This document shows, one piece after another, positions 1 through 11,052 of a stretch of DNA of 64,000 nt (within the stretch, counting starts at the first letter, position 1; every line of letters starts with the position of its first letter). Made by a program: the position numbers and the translations under genes. This DNA is from Tricharina praecox (taxonomy: Eukaryota): contig NW_026250414.1 of assembly GCF_024521635.1 (NCBI RefSeq), positions 62,001 to 126,000 on the forward strand, read 5' to 3'. The notes under the pieces are model-generated. The model saw nothing but the letters and a program-made list of their open reading frames with translations. It did not search any database and was not told where the DNA came from.

Positions 1-1290
1 GGGCGGAGGGCGGAGAGATGTGAATTGAGCTGTCCGAAACGATGGATTGAAAATACGGTACTAACTATATGCTGGAACAGAGAGAACTGCGGTCGTCCGA
101 GAATCGGTACAGATCAGCGTCACCACCATCCCTTGAGTATTACGCAGAGCACTTACTTCACTCTCGGGTAGCCTGGCGGAGATGGAGGTGGGAGACAGGC
201 TGGCACTACATAAGTCTTGCATCGGACCATCGGCTGAATACGAGGACATGTAACCAAAGAAGAAGCAAAAAAAAGATGCCGATGTATATAGGACCGATCA
301 TCCTTCAGGAGCTTTAGTAAGTAACCCAAACATGAAGAATCAGCGTGGGGTATGTAATGCCATCCCCTCACGCATGAGGGGCTTTCGTGCTTGGCCGTCA
401 ACCACCCGCCGCATCAAAGAGGCAAGCTGCAAACAGCAAACCGAACAGTGGATAGAACGGAGGAGGCTGGAGAAAGTGACGCAGCGGCAGTGAGAGCGCC
501 TGCGACGTTGAGGGGAAGGCTTGGGTTACGAATACCGCATTCGTGATTTCAGCTCTATCCAAAGCTTCATCGTTGTTTGCAGACAGCCAATCCTCAGCTC
601 GTTTGAACCCGGCCCACAGCTAGTAGTTATGCAGGTGCTCGTTGGCCGGAAATCCTAGAAGCACTTCAATTATACCCCACATATATAGCGTCTTTGCGTG
701 ATCTCCTCGCCTCATACATATATAGAATAGAATTTTCCCACTCGCCCCGCTTCGGTGGACCCTGTTCCAAAGGCTTGTTGTGAAATGCGAGGGCTATATA
801 TCTTGGTAATATGTATGAGGACGACTCGATCTGCGGGATTTCACAGCAAGGTTCGAGAGAACAGCTCCGTGCCTTCGACTGGAATGGCGGACATTCCCAT
901 GATTCCCACTTGTATACACACGTGACCGCTTCGACCATTGTACTCTACACACGTGACGGCTTCAGCCATTGTACACAGCCGGTTCGGTTCGGACCGGGGG
1001 GGCTGGCGGACGGCTGGCTGAACAGTGGACCGCACCAACCACCAAAAAATATCATGCGGACCATACCGTCGGCGCGTCGCCTTCCTCCTGCAACAACCCA
1101 CATCCGGTGGTGCCGGGTTTCACCAACATCTGGCGGGCCCGAAGGCTTGGCTGTGTTGATCCCCGGAGACATGGTCCCAGGCGGGCCATATCTCCATTGA
1201 ATGCACATGACCACCCGCGCTATTCATGTCCATGCTGCTGATATTATTCTTCGCGTTCCCCGTCTCCTTCCTCGAGCTACAACATGAAAA

Positions 1291-3068
1291 ATGTAAGTCT
1301 ACCTCGTCCTCCAGCAGTCCAAATTGCCTAAAGCCGTCTAATATCTCCTCCCCGTCCACAAAGGCTACTCGCTCGCCTCGAAGCGCTCGGTCCGATCATC
1401 TCGACTCTCATATCAATATCGGGCACACCAGGCCTTAGTCTCGGCGTATTGCACCCATCCCTCCCTCCGTTGAACAGCTCACAGGAAGCGCACGTCTACA
1501 CCGCCAACTTCGGCTACCGCGACGTTTCGGCGCGCCAACCACCAACCGAGAACACGACGTACGTGATCGGGTCGCTGACGAAAGGCATAACCGCGGCGCT
1601 GCTTGGCCAACTCGTCGATGCCGACGCCGTGAGCTGGAGCACGCAGCTGCACACGCTGGTGCCATACACGCGCGATGCCGACGATCCCGCCGCGAACATC
1701 ACGCTCGAAGACCTGCTCAGCCACCGCTCGGGGCTGCCCGGCTACAATGCCTACTGGCTGCAGTCAGGGAATACTCCCGTGCTGCCGCGGAGGGAGGCCG
1801 TGCGGATCCTGAGCGCTGTGCCCGCCGCGGCACCGGTGCGCACCGCATTTGTGTACAACAATCTCGCCTACGAGGTCGCGGGCCAGGTGCTCGAGCGACT
1901 GGCCGGGGCGCCGTACGCGAAGGTGTTGGCGCGAGTGACGGACGCGTTGGGAATGCGCAATACGTGGTTGGGTGAAGACCTCGGACGGCATGTCGACACA
2001 GCAAAGGCGTATGCGACGCTCCGGAACGGCAGTGCGGTTGAGATCCCTTTGCCGCTGCGCGGAAGCGATAGTCTGATCGGTGCAGCTGCCGGAATCCGAA
2101 GTTGTGTTTCCGACCTACTGGAGCTGTACCGCGGATTTATGGCTGCGGGAAACTCGGCGCTGGGCTTGCAGACAACTCGCGGCGGCGGCGGCAACAACAA
2201 CCCACTGCGACAACTCCCGACGCTTTGGAAGCCTCACATCGCGCTACCGTTCCCCTCGCTCCGCGAGTACACTTACGCCCTCGGCTGGGTGCGAGCAGAA
2301 CTACCCACGCAGCTCTCATTCACAGGGCCAGACACCGTGCCACCAGAGAGCCCCTACCTCCTCCCGCCGATCGTCGGCTTCGGCGCACCGAGCCGGCTCG
2401 CGCTCGTGCACTCGGGCAACCTTCCGGGATCCGTCGCCTACGCAGCGCTATTCCCCGAATCCAGCGCGGCGGTAGTAGTTCTCGCAAACAGCGTCGCACT
2501 AACCGACACCGCTCGCCTAGTCGCGGGCGTTCTCATCGACGCGCTATTCGCACCATCCGACAGCTCGCAGCAACGCCGCGAAGAACGCTGGAACGAGCAC
2601 ATTTCGTACGCGCGGGTGACCGCCGAGGCGGGAAAACACTGGGTCGAGCGGATGGCGCGCGAGCTCCACGGTGGAAAAACCGTGCGCCGTCCTGTGCGCC
2701 CGCTGCACGCGTATACTGGCCGCTACTGGAATGGCCTGGGGAACTTCTATATCGACGTGCGCGTCGTGGGAAACGCGCTGCAGGTGCTATTTCTCGGCAC
2801 TGAGGATAACGCGTTCGCGCTGGAGCCGTGGAGGAAAGATAGTTTCTTTTGGTTGACCACCGATCATGATGGCCTGGCGGCGAAGGCGAGGTATACGACG
2901 TGGTCGGCGGAGTACTATGTTCTCAGCTTTGGCTGCGCGAGGAAAGGGGCGCCGGGATGTCTCGTCTGGAAACATGAGGCTGCTGTGGCGGGTGACGGAG
3001 AGGTTTTTTGGAAGGACGAGCAGATGCCGCGGCAGCGGAAGCAGCTGCAGACGGTGGTAAGGTCTTAG
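1291..3068 (+). CDS. Beta-lactamase/transpeptidase-like serine hydrolase (AmpC/PBP fold, fungal family)
   Basis: SxxK (GSLTK), LLSHRSGL, YxN (YNN) and HSG motifs. The frame extends 5' of the listed ORF as LLARLEALGPIISTLISISGTPGLSLGVLH (from 1365). Probable intron 1293-1363; start codon uncertain. Confidence 0.9.
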
Positions 3069-3542
3069 GATGGGGTTGTGCAGACGTTTTTCTTCATCCT
3101 TCCCTTCTACCCGCGTTTCGTTCTTGTTTTCGGCCGGCGCTTGTGCGGTTCGGAGGACAGAGAGTTCTTTCTTATACTAGGTTTGCCGGTCTGGCTTTTT
3201 CGTCCTTGGGATGCAGTGGTTTCGGAGCGTAATACAATGAACAAAGTTCCACAAACCACCTCCTCGTTCCGGTCGCTATATTGAGAAGTTGGTGTACCTA
3301 TTCCACATGGCAGCACAAGGTTGAGCCTGCGCACGATATCGCTCGCTTTCCAGGTGACTGCTGGTATATATTTCGTTCACAGCCTCCTTTGTGTATAAGA
3401 AGCTATGTTCTCCGACTCAGTAAGCTTATCGTGACGTGTCTAGACATACTTCATCGCGTATGTCGCGGCTTCGCGTTTTCAAAGTAGAAAAAGTTTTTTT
3501 TTCCTGAAATGTAGCGCTGGCTAAGGAGGCTATCACGTGCCA

Positions 3543-3627
3543 TCTCTGTTAGTATAGTGGTTAGTATTTCCGCCTGTCATTACAGGATAGTCCGCGGGAG
3601 ACCAGGGTTCAATTCCCTGACAGAGAG
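3543..3627 (+). tRNA. tRNA-Asp(GTC) with 13-nt intron (3580-3592)
   Basis: Acceptor stem TCTCTGT/ACAGAGA, D arm TAGTATAGTGGTTAGTAT, anticodon GTC at 3576-3578, T arm CAGGGTTCAATTCCCTG, G discriminator. Confidence 0.95.
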
Positions 3628-5571
3628 TGAAAAGCTTCTTTTGCTATCTGCCAGGACATACGAGATAGAAATACAAAAGGCAATGTTCTCGTCGAGCGAG
3701 AAAGTTTTTACACCGAAAGACGAAGGATAATATGAAGCACGTGACCTCGGTAGCCTCCACGCCATACAAGCCGCGAGGGGAACACACACCTCCGACAACC
3801 ACACTAACCTTCCAAAAATGCCAAGACTATGCGTTGGCACACCAAATGCCCCGCTCACTTTGGCTTCAGGATTCATGTGGCGTGTGTGTCAACTCTTTCC
3901 GACCGCGGATTGAGTGCCCCGACCGAAGAATTCGACGACGATGAGCATGAAGCGATAGAGATCAATCGAGCCTCGGTCCCTGGCCGGAGAACTACACCAC
4001 CACGGGTGCTACGTCCAAACCTCTGAAGAAGTCTCACCATCGCTTCCCCGCACATCATCATCGATTTATCACTCTAGGAGAGCCTGTTTAGCAGGCGATA
4101 CGGCGACGGCGGGGAGGAGAGTGAACTCCAAGGGGAGAGCTCAGGGCTTGGCCCAGGACAACATCGACCATGACAACCGGCATTTTGCCAGTTCCGCCTT
4201 CGATCCAAATATCTTCGCTGCTATTCATCGGGCCCCGGCCTTGACAGCTACGCAAACCCCGAGACGACGATTCCTTTCGAGCACCATGCCGTGTGCGCTA
4301 GACTGGTTATGTTGAGGGTAGTACCAAGTGGAGGTATCTTTTGGAGAAGAGGAGGGCTACGAAGCGCCGCTACAGCGCAAAACCGACAACCCGAGCCTCT
4401 TCGGAGGCTCACTCTCAAAATATTGCGAGACGAAGGGATTTGGCTTGTCATTTCTGTATGGATTTGGTGGTGGAATTTCTTTGTCGAAATGTTGTATTGT
4501 AGATATCTCTATCGGCCATAACCTTCGGGTCAATCAATCAAGCCGCGAGGGGAGTCGAGTGACAGTTCCCGGTTCAACCGGGGTGAAAGACCTTTGGTAT
4601 GGCTCTTAGGGGTTCCAAGGCACCCCACCCGTTGGATAGTGGGGATGTTCCTTTGCTTTTGCCACGGTTCGAAATGCTGGGGCACGGCTCAACAACCGGC
4701 ACAGGATATCACTCGGCACGTGCTGCCACATGGCCGGATTTAAGGACCGTTGGCAGATTCGATTTGTGAGGGATGACGGGCCCGCAACATCAGTTAATGA
4801 TCAGACATGGTAGTTTCTGCACGGTAAAGCGACCGAGTGACTACCTACCTATGCCGAGTCTTTTTGAATGGGGCTGTGTAGGGCGTTAGTTAGTCCCGCC
4901 TCCACAGGCAACATGGCAAGCAACAAGGGAACATTGCGGACAGCGGAACGGATAAATTAATATTCTGATCGCAGGTTCGGAGCGCAAGTTCACAGGCGCA
5001 AGGTTAGGCGTCACGGTCAGCGGGAATGTGCGCGCTGCGCACTGCGCTGCGGAATGTAGTAGGTATCATATTTACGCGCCGCGACCGCAGAGGCGCAGAT
5101 CCCAGCCGCGACCGCCACAAGCGAGGGTGCTCCTCCAGTGGCGTTGGAGGGACGGGGGTTAACTACTCTCACGTGTCACGCTCGATCACCCATCACCAGC
5201 AGCGTGCGGAATTTCGGATTCGTCGTACATATTTCAAACATCCCCTGGCTAACAAATGACCTAACTAACTAACGCTTCCCGTCTTCCAATAACCTCCTCC
5301 ATTCTTCTATACCGGTAAACACCTCCGACCGTGCTACCTACCGGCCATGTGGTCGATGATTCGTATCCAACGATCCGGATTCCGGACGTTCTTGTGTTCG
5401 CACTGGAATTCCATGGCGACGGGGTATACATCAGTCGGCGGAGATCACATGGTGATTTCCATAGCTGCAGTGCCCACTGGCGGCGGATGAGTCGCCGATA
5501 TGCTTGCCAATGGGCTCAGCAACATTAACCTCGAGCTTACGCCACAAGAACCCTAGCTGCTGCGCAACGTC

Positions 5572-6102
5572 TTAGCTCAAGCGGTTACCATGAGGATGAT
5601 GAGAAGGATTAGAAGAGGCGTACGAACCGAACCGCTTAAGCGGGACCACCTCCCTCGCGATCGCCCTGGGCGGAACCGTGTGGAAGAACATAATCTCATT
5701 CTGTCCCAGTCCCTGGAAGACTTTCACCTGGGGCCCGAGTTTCCGGGTGGCTATCTTCAACACGGTGACGGCCTGCTTGCCGGGGAGGCGGTGGCCCCAG
5801 TGGGCGGCGTGTTTCGCGTCCGCGAACGTCGAGATGAACGGCGATGGCACGCGGGAGTTCCAGTTGAAGTGGCTGAGTATCGCGCGTTGGAGCGTGAGCG
5901 CGTCGGGGCGCCCCCAGGATGTTGAGCTGATCGCGGCGTGGAGCCCCGTATGGGGGGAATATACGGTCTGTGTGCGGCTGTATTGTACGCGGTAGAGGTA
6001 CCGTGGGAGCGTGAGGAGGGGGAGCTTAATTGTTGCCATTGTGGATGAGGGGCTGGATGTTGGTGCTGCTGGCTCTGCTGGTGCTGCCATAGATACGGCC
6101 AT
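5572..6102 (-). CDS. Small ADP-ribosyltransferase-fold protein (R-S-E class, enterotoxin-A-like)
   Basis: Intronless 176-aa ORF with ordered motifs LYRV, LSH, SPFISTF and QNEIMFFHTVPPRAI. Confidence 0.7.
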   Translation of the reverse strand: MAVSMAAPAEPAAPTSSPSSTMATIKLPLLTLPRYLYRVQYSRTQTVYSPHTGLHAAISSTSWGRPDALTLQRAILSHFNWNSRVPSPFISTFADAKHAAHWGHRLPGKQAVTVLKIATRKLGPQVKVFQGLGQNEIMFFHTVPPRAIAREVVPLKRFGSYASSNPSHHPHGNRLS

Positions 6103-6564
6103 GGTCCATGGCTTTATATCACCGCTGTGGATAGTGAAGGCGCTGGGGATAGTGAAGGAACCGCCTTCTGAGGCCTCCGCATAATGGAATGGTCGCGCAC
6201 ATTCACAGCATCTGGAGATAGACGCCGGTTATTGACTGGGTCATACCAACGAGGCTGGGTTGGGGATCACAGGAGTGTCTGGAATGTTGGAAATATGAGG
6301 AATACCAGGAACATCAGGAAGATGAGAACAAAGGCGACAACAGATCGTCTATCAGCAAATGAAATGCTCCCTGACCTCCCTTCCGCGCTGTTGCGCACTG
6401 CGCAAGTATTGTTTTGCTCGAAAACACCACTGATGGGGGAAAGTGGAGGGGACTTCCCCCGCCGTGGCTTGACGAAACGTACAACGAGGGCCTAACGCGA
6501 GATAAGAGCGAACTGGTAGCATCCCCTCTATAGTTGCTGTATGGGCCTTATCAACCGACTGGTT

Positions 6565-6658
6565 GTTCTGTTGGTACACAGCGGTTAGTATCAGGCATTT
6601 CCCCCTGTTAGCACTCGGTTGCCGGGGAGAGACCAGGATTTCATCCCCTGCCAGAGAG
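6565..6658 (+). pseudogene. Degenerate tRNA-Asp copy
   Basis: Aligns end to end with 3543-3627 (TCTGTTgGTA..AGcGGTTAGTAT..TTCCcCCTGTtA..GAGACCAGGaTTtcATcCCCTGcCAGAGAG), with a mutated anticodon and B box and an insertion. Confidence 0.75.
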
Positions 6659-8417
6659 CGTGTGCTATGCTGATCAGTTCCATTTCCTCCTAGAGCTCAG
6701 CCTCCATTCACGTATTCATCAATGAGTCAATGCCTCAGAGTGGGTCGGAATAGAGAACACTCCGTAATACCTAGTAGGTAGACTGTAGTATTGTATGTAC
6801 CGCCACATTGCCGGATAAGATTAAATTGTCGGCACCGACGGTTCTCATGAGGGACCTGCGACGTATGTACGTGAGATGTGGGTTTATGGGTGAGGCACAC
6901 AGTTGGGTCACTGACGTCACTCGGACAAGACTGTGGTTTCGATGTTGTACATTACGACCGGGGGAGGGAACAAAGAAAAGAGAAGAAAGGGACAGTGGGC
7001 AAGAAGATGTGGGGTGCGTCCCGGCCTGGGCTGATAGAGCTCAGGCAAGAGCTTCTACGTGACCGTCTTCGTTGGCTGGAACGGGGACGCCAGGCCATGC
7101 CGGACGCGCGAACCCCAGGAAAGGCGGAAGTCGGGGGAGAGAGGCGAGGGGGCAGCAGGAGAGGCGGGCATGTAGGCCCATACCGGTCTTTGCTGTCAAT
7201 CTACTTCTTGCTTGTGTCGCCCGTGGCGGATGAGGGGGAAGTGGGGTGCCGCATCGAACTGGTCGGTACAGGGCTCTCACCTCGACTGGTCAGGGCGGAC
7301 AGGAAATGCAGTTCGTTGGTTCGCCATAGTCTAGTCAGGTTGCATGCGAAATAAATTGATGTTCTCTCTCTACCGGGGGAGGAGGCTAGACTTGAATGTA
7401 ACAGAAGTACATACCATGCGCCGTCACCTTTGAATGCAAGAAGCTCGCTCGCTGTCGTTGTCGCCGTCAGAGGAGGAGGAGTGGTTATTCTGTCCACACC
7501 TCAAGAGTGCGGTCGAGGCTCGTTTCGACAGACAGCGAACCACTAGCGCCATTTCGCCTCCCATTCTTTCTTGTGCTTAAAGCTTAGTACACACGGGCTG
7601 CTCGATCGATTCGGTGAATATGGTGCTGAAGTAACCATTGACGTTAGGCGCGCTTAAGAGATCTCAGAGTTTGGAGTTAGCCGGCCCCACAGAAACGCCG
7701 CACTCACGGTATACAGTCACCAAGACAACAAATTCTGAGCATGTCAGAAATGAGTGAATGGTAAATGGCGGGCGGGCGGTCGGCTTCGTTAGAAATATAT
7801 CAGGGAAATTCTCAGAAGGAACTCCAACATTGTGCGCGCGGATCCAGGTCGAGACAGAAGCTAGTGACGGTACTGCGGCTAGACATGTGGCCAGTGCTGT
7901 GGCTGCTCCCTTCACACCGACCATTGTGCGCTCACCATCAGACTCTGAACCCAACCTGCCGTAAGTTCGTACCTGCCCACAGCTGCTTGGTTCTCATGTG
8001 TCACTTGTGGAACATCACACCACACCACTCGATATGTGAGTGATATCGTGTGCGTCGCCTGAAGTCACCAGCTTCAATACCGCGGGGGCAGGGAAAGCCG
8101 TATCGAACCGCTCGTTGCAAGTCCAACATAGGTCACATGCAATTAATGAGTGAACAAACAAGAACACAAGCAATAGGCCTCGATAGCGATTCAGCTCCAT
8201 GACCTGAGCTCCAAGCACGTCGTGAGTTTTCTCTTCCCTCACTTCTTCTTCCCTCACTTCTTCCCTCACTTCTTCCTCCTCCTTCTTCCTCCATCACCTT
8301 CCTCCATCCCCTCCCTCCATCTCCTCCCTCCACACTGTCAACCTCAGAATCAAACCACCAAACCCACAACTACAACCAACCTAAGCCGCAACGAAAATCA
8401 ACCGAACAGCGGAAAAA

Positions 8418-8717
8418 ATGGGCACCACAATCACTCCCCACCCCACCCCGAACGAGATTTCCAAGGGAGACATTCCCGCCGAGGAGGCTGCATACGCGGA
8501 CTACCTCCAGATTTTGGCCTTAACGGCTTTGTATCTCCTCGCAATCTCCGAGGAGAAGGACGGAGCCGCCGCCGCCGAGCAGCCGATGGAGATCGACGAA
8601 GAGAACGAAGACGAGAACGAAATGGAGATCGATGAGGACGAAGATGAAGATGAGGGATATGTGGAAGGCGGGGAGGACGATATGGACGAGGAGGAGGGTG
8701 TGGGCGGGGAGTCTTAA
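8418..8717 (+). CDS. Small acidic hypothetical protein
   Basis: 99-aa ATG ORF after a pyrimidine/CA-rich leader; short hydrophobic helix then an E/D-rich tail. Confidence 0.4.
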   Translation: MGTTITPHPTPNEISKGDIPAEEAAYADYLQILALTALYLLAISEEKDGAAAAEQPMEIDEENEDENEMEIDEDEDEDEGYVEGGEDDMDEEEGVGGES

Positions 8718-8739
8718 GGCTCTGTTATTTTTTTTCTTG

Positions 8740-9035
8740 TTCATTTTTATTGCGAATATGGGGGGTTTTTTTCCCCAGTTTTATGGTGAATATCTTTTTT
8801 TTCTTCTTTTCTTTCATCGCGAATACGGGGGGTTTTGTTTACCAGTTTTATGGCGCATATCTTTTTCCTTTTCTTTTTCATTCTTATGGCGAATATGGGG
8901 GTGTTTGTTTTCCAGTTTTATGGCGCATATCTTTTTCTTTTTCATTCTTATGGCGAATATAGGGTTTGTTTTTCTTTTTTATTTTTATTGCGAATATGGG
9001 GGGTTTTTTCTCTTTTCATTCATATCGCGAATACA
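8740..9035. repeat. Degenerate ~60-70 bp minisatellite
   Basis: Recurring GCGAATATGGGGG...CCAGTTTTATGGCGCATATCTTTTTC units separated by T-rich tracts. Confidence 0.8.
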
Positions 9036-9881
9036 TTGTACTTGCATTTCCAATGATATCGTATCCTTTCGAGCTCGTCGCGAGGCATCCCAGTGACATA
9101 CTAGATGGCTGCATACATACGTCGGAAGTCTTCCAAATCACATCTTCGTCAGCGGCACAGGCTGATGCCAATGTCCGCCCGACGGGCATACTTTTGAGCC
9201 GTACGTACGGTACTCGATGTATGATAGGTATATGACACTAAACTCGCGATCCCGCTCTCGATGCCGGTGGTAGTATATAGAAGCTACCCGTTCCCCGACA
9301 TCAGCAGCCCTGAGTCTGCACTCTCCTGATACCGCTATGGAAGAATGGGCCAGTGAAAAAGTACATAATAGTATTGTACACGCCATGCCGGTTCCCCATT
9401 ACACTGGGATAAGGAGTCGCGGAAACGGGTGTGAGCATCTGGCACCTGCACCGCGCGACGAAATGTCTTCAGCACCAGCAATAGAGTGGAGTAGAGTAGG
9501 TACACTGAATGGGATCACCGCACCACGAGCACAATAGAGTACACATCTTCGCGCGACATTGCGAGCGCCTAGGTGGTGACGTTGCCGGCGGCTGCAGAAG
9601 AGAGACGGCAGGCAGGGGAACTTCTTTTCCTCCCCACCCCCCCAACTCCCACAAACTTCGCACCTCCGGCCGGAGATCTCGGTATACGAGGAAAGGTATG
9701 AGGCGTTGAACTGGATGCAGGAATTGACTGGGGAAGGGAGCTTCGATGTGGGGTTTTGAGAAAGACGACCGTTGACGAGCATGTCGCGGGCGCTTTTCCT
9801 TTCCATCTTGTTAGCTCATTTTTCTTCTTTCTAGGTATCTGTCTTTCCTTCTATGTGCGGATGGGCTGGGCGGAGAGCTCA

Positions 9882-10012
9882 GAGCAATAGGGAACCCACA
9901 CCGAGCTCGCGGCCACTGGTCGGAGACAGTGGGGCGGAACTGGACGTGTGTACTGTACAGCCATGATCTGATAAGGTCGAATGCTACATATGATGATTAA
10001 ACAAAACAAAAG
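9882..10012. repeat. Diverged direct repeat, copy 1
   Basis: GAGCAATAGGGARCCCACAYCGAGCTC..GGTCGGAGAC..GCCATGATCTGATAAG.TCGAATGC shared with 10930-11052. Confidence 0.85.
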
Positions 10013-10929
10013 CGGTGACGTTGCGCAAGATCGACGTTGAACTTGTGTGCGCCACTCCGACTCCAAGGATGCAAGTCACTTGAGTGACGAGTCTCAAGGA
10101 CCTTAGAGTCGCTCGGTGCACGCGCGAACATACTCGGCCCTCGATCGTAAACACATACCGCCGGCCAACATTTCGCGCCAGCGTCCCTCCCTCCACCTCC
10201 AACATGTAAAAAAAGCAGCACTCCCCTCCGCTCCTTCCCTTTCCTTCCTAAGCTCCTTTAGTACGTCTCCTCCCCCGCTCCCCCCAGAATTGCCTTTAGG
10301 CTTTCACTCTCCACCCCGCTAACTATCCCGCGTCCCACAGCCTCCTAGCTTAGAACAAGTGTATTATCTGTTCTTTTCAGTCTAATAGCTGAAATCCGAT
10401 CATGTATCGGTTCAAATGTTAACTTTATCTTTGGTGATTGGGGCCCCGGCCGCTGCGCGTGCGCTTGTCGGCAAACGCGCCCCTGTGTCGCTGGTATTTC
10501 ACTGCCTCCGGTTGATCCGGATGCGGATTCGGATGTGACTTCGTCGTGGCTCTGGCTGGAGGCGAGGGTGCGAGAAAGGGGATATACGCGGCGGTGGATG
10601 GGGATGGAGGATGGGGGATGGTGGGGGTCTTGCCATGTTGCTGGTTGAAGCTTGGGTGCATGGCGACCTGGTTGGGCCCGGGGGTGTGGTGCGAGGTGGG
10701 TCATACTACCGTACGGGGACGTATGGCGATATCCTAGGTGCAAGCTGTTTCTGGGCCAGACATGCTTAGTAGAACTGTGGGGAAAGGCATCTGCGGTCAC
10801 CGCTTAGGCCGTATATCGTACACAGACGTTGCAAATTGTTTCTCACGTGAATGAATGCCACTGATATCACTCGTTATTCTAGTATTTGGCATGTTATTTA
10901 TCACTCGTCTGCTTCATTATCATGTGTTT

Positions 10930-11052
10930 GAGCAATAGGGAGCCCACATCGAGCTCCCGGCCAGCGGTCGGAGACGGTGGGGTTGAACCGGAGTGTAAAT
11001 GGCCATGATCTGATAAGTTCGAATGCAGCAATGATGAAGCCAAAAAAAGAAG
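10930..11052. repeat. Diverged direct repeat, copy 2
   Basis: Matches 9882-10012. Confidence 0.85.

Noticed and set aside
60-317. Possible terminal exon after an ACTAAC...CAG acceptor
   Set aside because: No recognisable product, frame ambiguous, and upstream context lies outside the window.
914-977. ~33-bp imperfect tandem duplication (TACACACGTGAC.GCTTC..CCATTGTAC)
   Set aside because: Only two units with no spacers; not CRISPR-like.
9030-9140. Minus-strand peptide LEDFRRMYAAI*YVTGMPRDELERIRYHWKC
   Set aside because: Protein-like but short, interrupted and not assignable to a family.
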